Source: Leucoraja erinacea (taxonomy: Eukaryota). Taken from it: a stretch of DNA of 64,000 nucleotides. The first letter of the stretch is position 1; each line of letters begins with the position of its first letter. Of this stretch, positions 50,659-62,590 are shown one piece after another. The notes beneath the pieces were generated by a model that was not told the DNA's origin, did not search any database, and saw only the letters and a program-made list of their open reading frames with translations. The stretch lies in contig NC_073397.1 of the NCBI RefSeq assembly GCF_028641065.1, forward strand, positions 22,196,001 through 22,260,000, read 5' to 3'. Made by a program: the position numbers and the translations under genes.

Positions 50659-50731
50659 GGGTACACACCTTTGCACATAGCAGCACTCCACTCCCACTTG
50701 GACATCATGGATCTTCTTATTCATAACTATG
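50659..50731 (+). CDS. sowah: Sowah ankyrin-repeat exon: GYTPLHIAALHSHLDIMDLLIHNY(G)
   Basis: tttttctcag acceptor, ATG|gtgaga donor, 73 nt (phase 0 to 1); ankyrin TPLH motif. Confidence 0.95.
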
Positions 50732-50966
50732 GTGAGATGCCTGATGAATTGAATGCTTTTGTAGTAATATTTCATTGCCGTATTCATTGATAGATGTTCA
50801 AAAATGTGCATGTATAAACTGTTCATTTTATCCAAAATTCTGAAGTGGAGAAATCTTTAAAGCTGTTAAATAAAAGTTGAAACATTTATTGATTAAGAAC
50901 TGGAATCTTGTAGTATTTAAATTAAAGTATGGACACCTTTTGTTGAACTGTATACGTTTAGTAGTA

Positions 50967-52198
50967 CAGGTGCACAACCTTTTATCCGAAAGCCTTGGGA
51001 CCAGACACTTGTCGGATTTCGGACATTTTCGGATTTCAGAATGGAAGATTTTTAGCGTAGATTAGGTAGGTAGCGCGGGCGGCTTGAAAAGTCTGGAGCT
51101 GCTGCCTCCTCCCCGGTGACTGGCAGAATCATTGCATAAATGTTAGTCAGTTAGTTTGGAGGGATTTTATGTGGTGGTGGTGGAGTCGGGGTGAAGGGGG
51201 AAACTTTAATTCTTAGTCCCCTACCTGGTCGGCGACTCCCAACCTCGCGGAGCTGGGGGCTCCGTCCGGCCGCGGGCGGCGCCGGTTGTAGCTCCGACCC
51301 CGGCAACTCTACCCCTGGCTGCGAGGCGCTCCAAATCCAGCGCCGCCCGCGGTCGGACGTCCCAGCTCCGGGAATGTCGGGAGTCGGCAGCGTCGCAGCG
51401 CTGGGATACCAGCGGGGAGCGAGCAATGCCTTACCGGGTCGCCGTGCGGCAAGCTCCGGAACGCTGTGGCCGCCGACACACAACATCGCGGAGCGTCGCT
51501 GGATTTGAAGCCGCGGAGCTGGGGGCTCCGTCCGGCCGCGGGCGGCGCCGGTTGGAGCTCCAACCCCGGCAACTCTACCCCTGGCTGCGCGGCTCCAAAT
51601 CCAGCGACGCTCCGCGATGTTGTGTGTCGGCGGCCACAGCGCTCCGGAGCTTGCCGCACGGCGACCCGGTAAGGCATTGCCCGCTCCCCGCTGGTATCCC
51701 AGCGCTGCGAAGCCGGCGACTCCCGACATTCGCGGAGCTGGGGCGTCCGGCCGCGGGCCGCGCTGGATTTGGAGCGCCTCGCAGCCAGGGGTAGAGTTGC
51801 TGGGGTCGGAGCTACAACCGGTGTCGCCCACAGCCCCAACGACCACAGTGCTGCGGAGCTTACTGCACAGCGACCCGGTAAGGCATTGACCGCTCCCCGC
51901 CTCTCCGACCAGGTAGGGGACTAAGAATTAAAGTTTACCCCTTCACCCCCCTTCACATAAAAGCCCTCCAAACTAACTGACTAACATTTAAGCAATGATT
52001 TACAGATGTTTAAGCGTCTCCCGGTCTCCAGGGAGGAGGCAGCCGCTACAGTAGTACAGACCTGGGTTGACCGTGGGTCGTTTTGGGTCAAGTTTGGCGC
52101 CAAACGCGAGCTTTGGTGCGCAGACGACATCTGGAAAAAATGGCCGGTTTTCGGAGCTTTTCGGTTTCTGGAACACCGGATAAAAGGTTGTGCACCTG
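50967..52198. mobile_element. pogo/Tigger-like MITE with a large GC-rich internal palindrome
   Basis: TIR TA|CAGGTGCACAACCTTTTATCCG .. CGGATAAAAGGTTGTGCACCTG|TA; nested internal inverted repeats. Confidence 0.88.
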
Positions 52199-52689
52199 TA
52201 GCAAGAATAATGTTCTTAATATATTGTGAACAATGGATGTTTATGAAGGGTTTGAAATTAATTGAGTGTAAATATAAAATGCAAGATTGCATTGGTTTTG
52301 GAAGACTGAAGTCATAATTTTTGTATTCATGTATTTTGCATCATGTGTAACTAAATACCAGCTTTTAACTGGAAGATCCAACCCGTAGGTTTTATGTAGA
52401 CATAATCCAGAAGTGGAGGTATGTATGAGGATTGAGCATATTGTTCAAAGTTAAAATTGAACCCGATTCTAATGTAGTCTGAGATTAACCTCCATGCAAA
52501 GCTTAAAGGATGTAGTTAACAATTGTATTTGTCCATTTTGCCCCTCCTTGAGCTATGGGCTCTACAATCAATTGAAATGCCCCTAATAACAACCAGACAA
52601 TTGGGTAATACAGACCGCTATTATTTGGGAGATGAAGTGCGAGCTGAGGATGGATCCTGTTTTGTACAGCCAGTTGCTTTATTAAAATA

Positions 52690-53125
52690 TAACCACCCCC
52701 TCCCCGGGTACTTTCCCCTGCAACCACAGGAAATGTGGTTTACCTCCCCCCTCGACCCCATCCAAGGATCAAATCATTCTTTCCAGGTGAGGCAGAGGTT
52801 CACCTGGACCTTCTCCAACCTCATCTACTGCATCCGCTGTTCCAGGTCTCAATTTCTCCACATCGGAGAGACCAAGCTCAGGCTTGGCGATCGCTTCACT
52901 GAACGCCTCCGCTCAGTCCGTCTTAACCAACCTGATCGCCCGGTTGCTCAGCACTTCAACTCCCCCTCCCATTCCCACTCTGACCTTTCTGGTCTGGGCC
53001 TCCACCATTGCCAGAGTGAGGCCCAGCTCAAATTGGAGGAACAGCACCTCATATTTCGCTTGGGTAGCTTGGGTATGAACATTCAAATCTCTAATTTTAG
53101 ATAGCTCTTGCTTTCTCCTTCCTTC
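52690..53125 (+). mobile_element. Penelope GIY-YIG 3' fragment followed by duplicated CR1 3' tails (53127-53300, minus)
   Basis: FQVRQRFTWTFSNLIYCIRCSR..HIGETKLRLGDRFTE..LEEQHLIFRLGS, homologous to 8160-8490. Confidence 0.88.
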
Positions 53126-53698
53126 TCATAGAAACATAGAAAATAGGTGCAGGAGGAGGCCATTCGGCCCTTTGAGCCAGCATCGCCATTCATTGTGATC
53201 ATGGCTGATCGTCCCTTATCAATAATCCGTGCCTGTCTTCGCCCCATAACATAGAAAATAGGTGCAGGTGGGGGCCATTCGGCCCTTCGAGCCAGCATCC
53301 CTTCTCCTCCGCTTCCCAGTTCTCCCACAAGTCATATGGCTCCGCCTACTTCCCTTATTTTTCCCGGACAAATTACAACTGAGGCACAACTAAAATATTA
53401 GAACAGTTCCAAATCATTTATACCTGTTAAAATACAACGTCTGAAATATTATACAGTGCCCAGTGTCAGGACATCAGATAAAGGATCTCAGACTTGAAAT
53501 GTTAACTGTTCCTCTTCTTTCAGATGCCATCTGTCCTACTGTTCTGTCATGTCTTGGCTTCTTCCATTATCAGAGGGTTCAAATTTGTTTAGCATGTTAA
53601 AATATGTTGATGCTATAACTATCTACGGCTAGAATCTAATGCAAATATAATCTAGGTCAATTGACCAGTATAATAATTATTTCTTGATTTTTCAACAG

Positions 53699-53794
53699 GT
53701 GCAAAAACAAATGTAAGAGACTATAGTGGACGGTTTGCATCCCACTATCTAAAAGACAACGATGATTCTACAGATTGTTCTAACATATCTTCAA
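53699..53794 (+). CDS. sowah: Sowah coding exon: (G)AKTNVRDYSGRFASHYLKDNDDSTDCSNISS
   Basis: tttttcaacag acceptor, CAA|gtaagc donor, 96 nt phase 1 to 1; SOWAH hallmark GA...RDYSG..A..YL. Confidence 0.95.
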
Positions 53795-54031
53795 GTAAGC
53801 TTTACTTGTAATATTGTTGATAATTACTGGGTCCTTGTGTTTGTTGGGAGTGTGCTTCATTTCATTTGCCTCAGTCAGAAAGCTGGGCGTTCAAATTTCA
53901 CTCAAAAGACTTAAACACAAAAATTTAATTTGATGTGTAATTACAATATTGAGAGGCCACAGTATCGTCAGTAGTGCTAATTTAAGTTCCTGCCTGAACT
54001 CGTAAATGGATGTAAACTTTCAATGGTACTA

Positions 54032-54435
54032 TTTAGAAAAATAGGTGTAGGAGTAGGCCATTCGGCCCTTCGAACCTGCACCGCCATTCAATATGATTGT
54101 GGCTGATCATCCAACTCAGTTGGATGATCAGTACCTGCCTTCTCTCCATACCCCCTGATCCCTTTAGCCACAAGGGCCACATCTAACTCCCTCTTGAAAA
54201 TATAGCCAATGAACTGGCCTCAACTACCTCTTGTGGCAGAGAATTCCAGAGATTCACCACTCTCTGTGTGAAAAATGTTTTCCTCATCTCGGTCCTAAAA
54301 TATTTCCCCCTTATCCTTAAACTGTGACCCTTTGTTCTGGACTTCCCCAACATCGGGAACAATCTTCCTGCATCTAGCCTGTCCAACCCCTTAAGAATTT
54401 TGTAAGTTTCTATAAGATCCCCCCTCAATCTTCTC
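54032..54435 (-). mobile_element. Young CR1 3' end, inserted in an older SINE-like remnant (~53830-54500)
   Basis: RRLRGDLIETYKILKGLDRLDAGRLFPM..FFTQRVVNLWNSLP followed by the CR1 3' UTR. Confidence 0.9.
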
Positions 54436-55158
54436 TTTCTTAGACATTTCTTAGAAACGTGGGGCATTATCCCCAACATTCCAGGCCCAATTGTACTTTT
54501 CAACCAATAACGCTGCAGTGCAACAGATGGTACTGCCTCGTGGCTTTGCATCTTTGCATCTTCTCTAGCCATAGGCGAGGTCCTGGAGGACAGGAAAGTA
54601 GCTGATGTCATTCCTACTACTGGATACTGCTGACCGCGCCTCACTAACTTGTGCTGCCATGAAATACGAGAGTAGCAACTGAAGGGAACACCACCACCTG
54701 CAGCTTCCCCTTCAAGTCGTGCTTCAGCCTCTCTTGGAATCATGTCAGCAATCCTTCATTGGATCTAAACAGGGACACTCACTGCCCAACAGCGTCGTTG
54801 TGAAAGATAAAATAGGAATTAATGTGATAAAATATCTGTACATCATTGATTAACATCTTCCATGGCGGTATAATAAAATCATTTTCCAGATGAAATGTTA
54901 ATCTTAAAGAATTTGATACATTCTGTGCTGGTAATTTTATGTAACTTTATTGTAATTACTGAAGGAATTTTCCCTTTGAAAACAATATCATGTGACCAAT
55001 GTTTAATTTGAGATGCACTAGAATTTGACTGAGCTGTTCAATAATTGAGTTCACAAGCTGACTGAATAAAGGGTTCCATTTAAAAGGCTAATGTGATATG
55101 AGAAGAATTAGTCTATTTGGTCCATCAAGCATACCTTGCCATTCAATCATGGTTGATA

Positions 55159-56716
55159 CAGTGCATTCGGAAGGTATTCAAACCCCTTCACTTTTTCCAC
55201 ATTTTGTTACGTTGCAGCCTTATTTTAAAATTGATTAGATTCATTTATTTTTAATCATCAACCTACACACAATACGCCAGAATGAAGAAGCAAAAAACAG
55301 GTGTTTAGAAACGTTTGCAAAATAATTAAAAATAAATAACTGAAATATCACATTTATGTAAGTATTCAGACCCTTTTGATATGACACTTCAAAATTGAGC
55401 TTTGGTTCATCCTGTTTCCATTGATTATCCTTGAGATGTTTCTACAACTTGATTGGAGTCCACCAGTGGTAAATTAAATTGATTGGACATGATTTGGAAA
55501 GGGACACACCTATCTATACAAGGTCCCACAGTTGACAGTGCATGTCAGAGCAAAACCCAAGCCATGAAGACGAAGGAATTGTCCGTGGACCTCCGAGACA
55601 GGATTGTGTCGAGACACAGATCTGGGGAAGGGTATAAAACAATTTCTGCAGCATTGCAGGTCCCAAAGAGCACAATGGCCTCCGTCATTCTGAAATGGAA
55701 GAACTTTGGAACCACCAGACCCTTCATAGAGCTGGCCGCCTGGCCAAACTGAGCAATCGGGGAAGAAGGGCCTTTATACGGAGGTGATTCTGATGTTCAC
55801 TCTGACAGAGCTCCAGAGATGGGAGAACCTTTCAGAAGGACAACTCCTCAGTAATAGGTGCAGGACAGCCTACTTGGAGTTTGCAAAGGGCACCTAAAAG
55901 ACTCTCAGACCATAAGAAACAAGATTCTCTGGTCTGATGAAACCAAAATTGAACTCTTTGGCCTGAATGCCAAGTGTTACATCTGGAGGAAACCAGGCAC
56001 CGCACATCATCTGGCCAATACCATACCTACAGTGAAGCATGGTGGCGGCAGCATCATGCTGTGGGGATGTTTTTCAGCGGCAGGAACTGGGAGACTAGTC
56101 AGGATCGAGGGAAAGATGAATGGACCAAAGTACAGAGAGATCCTTGATGAAAACCTGCTCGAGAGCGTTCTGGACCTCAGACTGGGGCGGAGGTTTACCT
56201 TCCAACAGGACAACGACCCTAAACACACAGCCAAGACAATGCAGGAGTGGCTTCATGACAAGTCTGTGAATGTCCTTGAGTGGCCCAGGCAGAGTCTGGA
56301 CTTGAACCCGATCGAACATCTCTGGAGAGACCTGAAAATAGCTGTGCATCGACGCTCCCCATCCAACCCGACAGTGCTTGAGAGTATCTGCAGAGAAGAA
56401 TGGTAGAAATTACCTAAATACAGGTGTGCCAAGCTTGCAACATCATACCCAAGAAGACTTGAGGCTATAATCGCTGCCAAAGGTGCCTCAACAAATTATT
56501 GAGTAAAGGGTGTGAATATTTATGTAAATGTGATATTTCAGTTATTTAATTTTAATTACTTTCCAAACATTTCTAAACACCTGTTTTTGCTTTTTTATTA
56601 TGGGGTATTGTGTGTAGATAGATGAATTAAAAAAAAAAAAAAATCAATTCTAGAATAAAGCTATAACGTAACAAAATGTGGAAAAAGTGAAGGGGTCTGA
56701 ATAAAAGAATGCACTG
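55159..56716 (+). mobile_element. Tc1 family A, both TIRs present, transposase frameshifted and internally deleted
   Basis: TA|CAGTGCATTC .. GAATGCACTG|TA, ~200-bp TIRs; [42 protein letters not shown] (DD34E). Confidence 0.95.
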
Positions 56717-57070
56717 TATATCTTTCCCACTCAATCCCATCCTCCTGCCTTTTCCCCAGAATCCCTGACACCCATGCTAATCAAGTTTCTAGCAATCTCT
56801 GCCTTAAAAATATCCATTGACTTGACCTCCACAGCTGCCTGTGGCAATACATTCCACAGATTCACCACCCTCTGATGAAAGAAATTCCTCCCAGTCAGAG
56901 GGCAGTGAATCTGAAGCTCAAAGGTTGGTGAATCTTAAAGAAAGAAAACTGCTTTGGTACTATAATTATTCTTTAGAGCCACTGTGGTTAGATGTATTAA
57001 TATTAGGTAATTACAAATACTATGTGAATTTGATTTTTAGTTGATAACTGTTTGTTCTTTTGTGTTTTAG

Positions 57071-57255
57071 AATTCCAACAGTCTCGGGGAGGACGACGGA
57101 ACCGGAAGCTTGCTGGACTCTTCCTGCCAAAGAGCTATGGAAGCAATAAAAAGAATTGGGGTTCAGTAGAGAACCTGACAACAGATGACAAAGATGGTTC
57201 CATATTCCTGTCTGTACCAACATCATACAAAGCAGTACGCAAGTTTTCAAGATAG
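57071..57255 (+). CDS. sowah: Sowah last coding exon: (K)FQQSRGGRRNRKLAGLFLPKSYGSNKKNWGSVENL..RKFSR-stop
   Basis: Strong tgtgttttag acceptor, phase 1 matching the previous exon, TAG at 57253-57255. Confidence 0.88.
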
Positions 57256-57942
57256 GATGCGTGTGTAAGCGAGAAGTTGTTATTTGAAGTTTGTGGACCC
57301 GTTACAATCTTTTATTCGAAACACGCAGCACATATATTTGTTTATTATATTAATATAAACACTTAATAGCAAGAATAATTGAAGTTGTATTTTAGGCACC
57401 TACTTCACCCACTGTGTAATGTTACTCAAGATACAAACCAGAGGAATCTTCCTTACTAAGTATTATTTAATCTGTTTTGTATTGTTGGTTGGTTCTGGGT
57501 TTTCAATTTTCCATGCCTTGCAAGTTTTGCATTGGACTTGCTGGTGGCTTCGAAGTGGCATTTTTACAACAATTTTTGTTCTTGTATTCTGCCAGGTTTT
57601 AATGCTTAATCATTAACCTTGGAAGTACATGTTTGAAGCTCATTTTGGGTAAACCGGTGAGGTTCACTGTCTACAAGGATAATCATCCATGTAATAAACA
57701 GCCTTGTAAACAAAACAGTAAGATCCAACTGATGTCGATATGCTTATAAGAGGGATAAGTGTTGACTCCACTTGTGCGATATTGTGATTGGGTTCTTTAG
57801 TGCAGATTTCTAGTGCAATCACATGCTTTGTTCAATACATTTTTGGAAGTACGAGAAAGCTGCTTGTATTCACAGAATAGTATCTTGAGTAAAATCAGAC
57901 ACTGGGAAGCGATGCTCTCTGAAGTAAAACCTGGAAGACCAA

Positions 57943-57972
57943 AATAAATTCATTTTTTTGCACACAAATAAA
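57943..57972 (+). terminator. Candidate polyadenylation signals of the Sowah 3' UTR
   Basis: AATAAA at 57943-57948 and 57967-57972, about 0.7 kb after the stop; the hexamer is common in AT-rich DNA. Confidence 0.35.
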
Positions 57973-58329
57973 ATCTGTAGTTATGCAACTTTTTCTATTG
58001 AAAGTGATAGTTATCCCATACAAGCCCTAAATTTGTGAGAATGTTGAGATGAATTCTTGGAATTCCACTCAACTCTCATTCTTGAACACTAATTATTCGA
58101 GCAACCCTGCCATATCATATAATCATAACTAATTTCTCTTTTTGATATCAATATATTTCAGCTATGATATACCTAGTTAATACTATTATTTCTACAGTCA
58201 TGTTAAGGCTGTGAATATTTGCAACTGCAGGTTTCACATGATTTGATGTGAGAAGACTAGTACGATTACTTATTAAAGTTGGTGCAGATACAAGTATGCT
58301 TTGCTGTCTTGTTACTTGTTACATGATGC

Positions 58330-58703
58330 GAAGAGCTCCTGGAGCGGAGCCTTACAGCACCGCCCCGCGCGGCTTGGAATAGCCGCGGGACTCTGCGAGC
58401 GCACGCCGGGGGCTCTAACATCAAGAACCCGGTGTGCGACCTTGCATCACCCGGCGTGGCTTTAATGGCCTCGGGACAATCGCCATCGCCAGCCGGGGGC
58501 TTTGACTGACATCGGGGGGGGGGGGGGGGAGTGCAGTGGAGAGATAAGTTTTTTTGGCCTTCCATCACAGCAATGTGATGGATGTTTATGTAAATTATGT
58601 TGTGTCTTGGGTCTATTTGTTTGTAATGTATGGCTACAGAAACGTCATTTCGTTTGGACCTCAAGGGGTCCAAATGACAAATAAATTGTATCTTGTATCT
58701 TGA
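58330..58703 (+). mobile_element. Short GC-rich retroposon with a LINE-type 3' hairpin and microsatellite tail
   Basis: CpG-rich body, terminal stem TTTGGACC-TCAAG-GGGTCCAAA, AATAAA and (TATCTTG)n tail. Confidence 0.6.
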
Positions 58704-61700
58704 TATTACCATCAGCTCAGGTTCTGAAATTCCAATTCAATACTTCATCGTGAAATTATTTTTCAATTGTGTGAATTCGCAGACTATATAACTGCAGCTT
58801 CACAGGAATGATGCATAACCTTTTGTGCATAACTCCTCCATCTAACATCACAATATATATTTCTTTATTCATGCACTTTATTCATGGACTTAAAACATAT
58901 TGTTACTTAGCTATGACCCCCAATAGTAAGATTCCAGGATTTTTACAGGTTTACAATAATATGAGCATGTACTGGAGGTTAAAATAACTCCTAAAACATT
59001 GCTATGTGGCACAATTTTTCTGGTCAGGCAGCAGTGTGTGATGTGCAAACCTAAATTTAGAAAGAGATCATTTGGGTTGGTCTAAATTTCAAATCTTTTG
59101 TCGAAAATACCTACATAAATTAAGTGCCAGATGACTGAAGTATTTTTTAACTTATGAGGGTGTGACTTGAAACTTTTGAGAATGAATGGGTTAGTGGAGA
59201 AAATCAAACTATTTGGTATCTAGATTAATATTAAAGCACAACTGTTTGTATCATAAAGCACTAAATAGCAAGCTCAACAGGACAAAATAGTACTCTGATT
59301 CTGGCAAACTGCCATTGTTCCATGTAGTTACAAAATATGTAGAAATAAAGTAAATCTGAATTCATTCAAAATATGTTTTAATTTTTGTGTTTATTCAACG
59401 CGTATCTGAAACAGCCTTGAATGCTGATGTGACCTTTTTACTTGAGAGGGTTATGTAGAGAAAGTGTTTCTACTTTATCATTTTCAAATGTTATTATGTG
59501 AAGTAAAGTATCAGGTTTTTACAAAAACAGAGCAATTTCTTGGCCAACAACCAACTTCCCAAGTGAATGTGATATCTTAATCCAAAGACATTGTGCTCTA
59601 GAACCTTGTGACCAATGGCTGGTTGGATAAGACAAACTGAAAAATACCTTGTATAATTAAAATAAAAATAAATATCAATTATCAGCAGGTGGGGAATCTA
59701 AAAATACTGCTATGAAGTAAAATCATGCAAATTGTTACGCACATCTGACAGCACTCTGAAGGAGACAGGATATAACAATTTGTGGAAAGTAAAGCTGCTA
59801 CACGGCTGGCTCTAAACTCTTCACTTAGCACTCTTTTCTTTAATGTTAATAGCAGAGATTTATGTAATTCTAGATGGTCCCCAAAGAGACTCTATTATCA
59901 GTCTGTAAATCCTTTGGAGGACCTGATGTAGATTAAGCAACTTGCACAATGGTTTTATCCAGAATTTGAGGTATATTATGTCTTTACTTGGAAAATCCTG
60001 TGAAATAAAAGATCAAAAATGTGTTTTTTATTGAGTACAAAAACAAGCACCTTAGGTGATTAAAGCTTTGATCAATCTAAAGTATGTTTTTTTTTTAAAT
60101 CAAAACTATAATATGAGTGTTGTTTTCAGAGTATAGTTGTTTGAATAATAATTTAAAGCAACAATTTCACTAAAATGAGAAAATACAAAAACAAAGTATC
60201 GTGGATAATAAATCACTTTTATTAGACAAAAGTATATTTTGAAGTGTTTCTAAGTATGAATGATGGGACAGAATAATTAGAAGCTGTTTCTAAAGATTGA
60301 AGCAAATAAAATGAAGAGGGCATGGCAGTCATGAAACCGAATACAAAACTTTTTTTACAGAAACGTTTGAGACTGCGCATTCCTTGTCAGATTTGTGATT
60401 TAAGCAGAGAGCGGATTAACACTTCAGAAACTATTTAAATGTAGTTAAAATTTATGCAGATAAAAGAATATGGGAATAGTTAAACCACATCGCAATAATA
60501 CTATTGGTTATGTTGAAAACAATACAAAAGCAGTGTGTTTTGGCAAACCTATTACTATTGCCATTTCTGTGTGAAATTGGTTACTGATATGCTGTTTCAA
60601 TTGCAGCTTAAATTATCATGCAGTGACTCCTCAACTAATCAGTATTAAAGACAAAGTAGTATACGTAGTAGAATATATTGCGTTTCATGTTTTCTTAATA
60701 AATGCAAATGGAAAGTCCACGATGAACAAGCAGTGTGCTTCACTGCAGGATAAAAGTCTACCTCATTAACAGCGTGTCTTCAAATGTAATGTAGAGTTTC
60801 CCAATCTGTGTAACTCTACATTATGAATTCCAGTATAGAAACACACCATCTATTTGGGTACTACTGAATACCAGATCTATTTTGTAGGTAAATGTTAAAT
60901 GGGGGATGATGCCTTGCTATGTGTTTGTAAAGATTACAGAAATTGTTGGTGAATACAGAGAAGTGGTTGTCAGGTATCATTCTACAGTAAATTGTTTAAA
61001 GACAGAGCTATTGACACACAGGAAGGTCTTGTCTGTGCAACTTTAGAAATGGTAATTTAATTAATCCAATCCTCCCATTTTCCCCATAGCCCACCTTTTC
61101 CAATATATATCCACTTCCCATAGAAAACTACTTTTGTGTCTGCTTCCATTCTCGAGCAATACATTTCAGAAAATTGCTGCATTAGAACTATCTCTGTCTA
61201 GCCATTTTTCCATTTGCTTCATCTGCTCACTGCCACATCTGCCAACAGAAACACTTCTGCCTTACTCGTTACATCCAAGAGACTCCCATTTTCAATAGCT
61301 CTGCTGCATCTTTTCTTTCCCTTGGTATTTCCCACCAGCATTAACTTTTCCACATAATATCTCTTAGTAAATCAAATTGTTCATTAAGTAAAGCTTTTGC
61401 TCGGCAGCTGGATGGGTGATGTAATGGGTGTACTCTTAAGTTCACAGCTACTGCAATTTGTCCTTTTCAACGGATGATGGATGTTGACTTCAAGCAGAGA
61501 TGTACATGGATGTTTAACAAGCCTTACAAACCTGCTCTTTTCCGTTTTGTTCATCTATATATTGTTAGGTCAGTTTACTTTTCAAACTCCATAACTTTTT
61601 AAAATATGCACATATGCAATTATTTTTATCTAAAACTTTATCTATTTTCAAACGTGAATAAAATTTATTTAATGCATCTTAAAACTTTTTTTATCGTGGC

Positions 61701-61829
61701 GCAATCACTTTGGATTATATTTACTTACAGCACAATATCTGTTTTGCGATAGATCTGCAGATGGGACAGCTCTTTAGCTAATGCCCTAGGTTTCAACAAA
61801 GTAACTAATTTGCCCTCTGAACCAGGTAT

Positions 61830-62590
61830 TGTTTCAAATCTATTTGATTTCAAATCCATTTGCTTCTCCTCGGCTTGTTTGTCCAGCTGAACACGATCCT
61901 GTTGTAATTTTTGATAACCATCTTTGCTGTCTACAATGCCACCTATTTTAGTGTCATCCAAAAATTTACCAATCACACCTTGTACATTCTCATCCAAACT
62001 GTTGACATAGATGATGAATAATGATCAGCCCAGCACCCTGTCCTGAGGCACAACACAAGTCATAGGCCTCCAGTCTAAAAATCAAACCTTCCACCATCAT
62101 CCTGCTTCTTACCATGAAGCCAATTCTGTATCCAGTTAGCTTGTTCTCCCCTGATCCCATGTAATCTAACCTTCCTGAACGACCTTCCGTGTGCAACTTC
62201 ATCAAAGTGTGCTGAAATCAATATAAACTATATAGCCCTGCCCTCATCAATCTTGATTGCTACTTCGAATACCTCGATCAAATTCAGGAGACATAATCTC
62301 CAGCATACAAAACCATGTTGACTATCCCTGTCTTTCCAAATGCATGTTTATCTTACCTATCAGAATCCTCTCCAGAAACTTTCCTACCACTGGTGTCAGG
62401 TTTATTGCTCTTTAGTTCCCAAATTTTTCTTTGCAGCCCTTCTTAAATAGAGGCACAATATGTGCCATCCTCCAGACTACCAGCACCTCATCCACGTCTA
62501 ATGCCAATTCATATTTCTCATCTAGGACTCCTGCATTTTCTTCTCTTGCTTCCCACAGTCCTCTAGTATATTTGATCAGGCCTGGGAGTT
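61830..62590 (-). mobile_element. Degenerate CR1 RT fragment
   Basis: VIGKFLDDTKIGGIVDS..QKLQQD and WRMAHIVPLFKKGCKEKFGN on the minus strand. Confidence 0.85.

Noticed and set aside
51151-51889. Six overlapping ORFs of up to 231 aa on both strands
   Set aside because: By-product of a GC-rich palindromic MITE; low-complexity peptides with no domain.
61725-61830. Possible exon (acceptor ttacag at 61730 and donor at 61826 on +; gtaagt donor on -)
   Set aside because: All three + frames contain stops; the minus frame lacks a good acceptor and runs out of a CR1 fragment.
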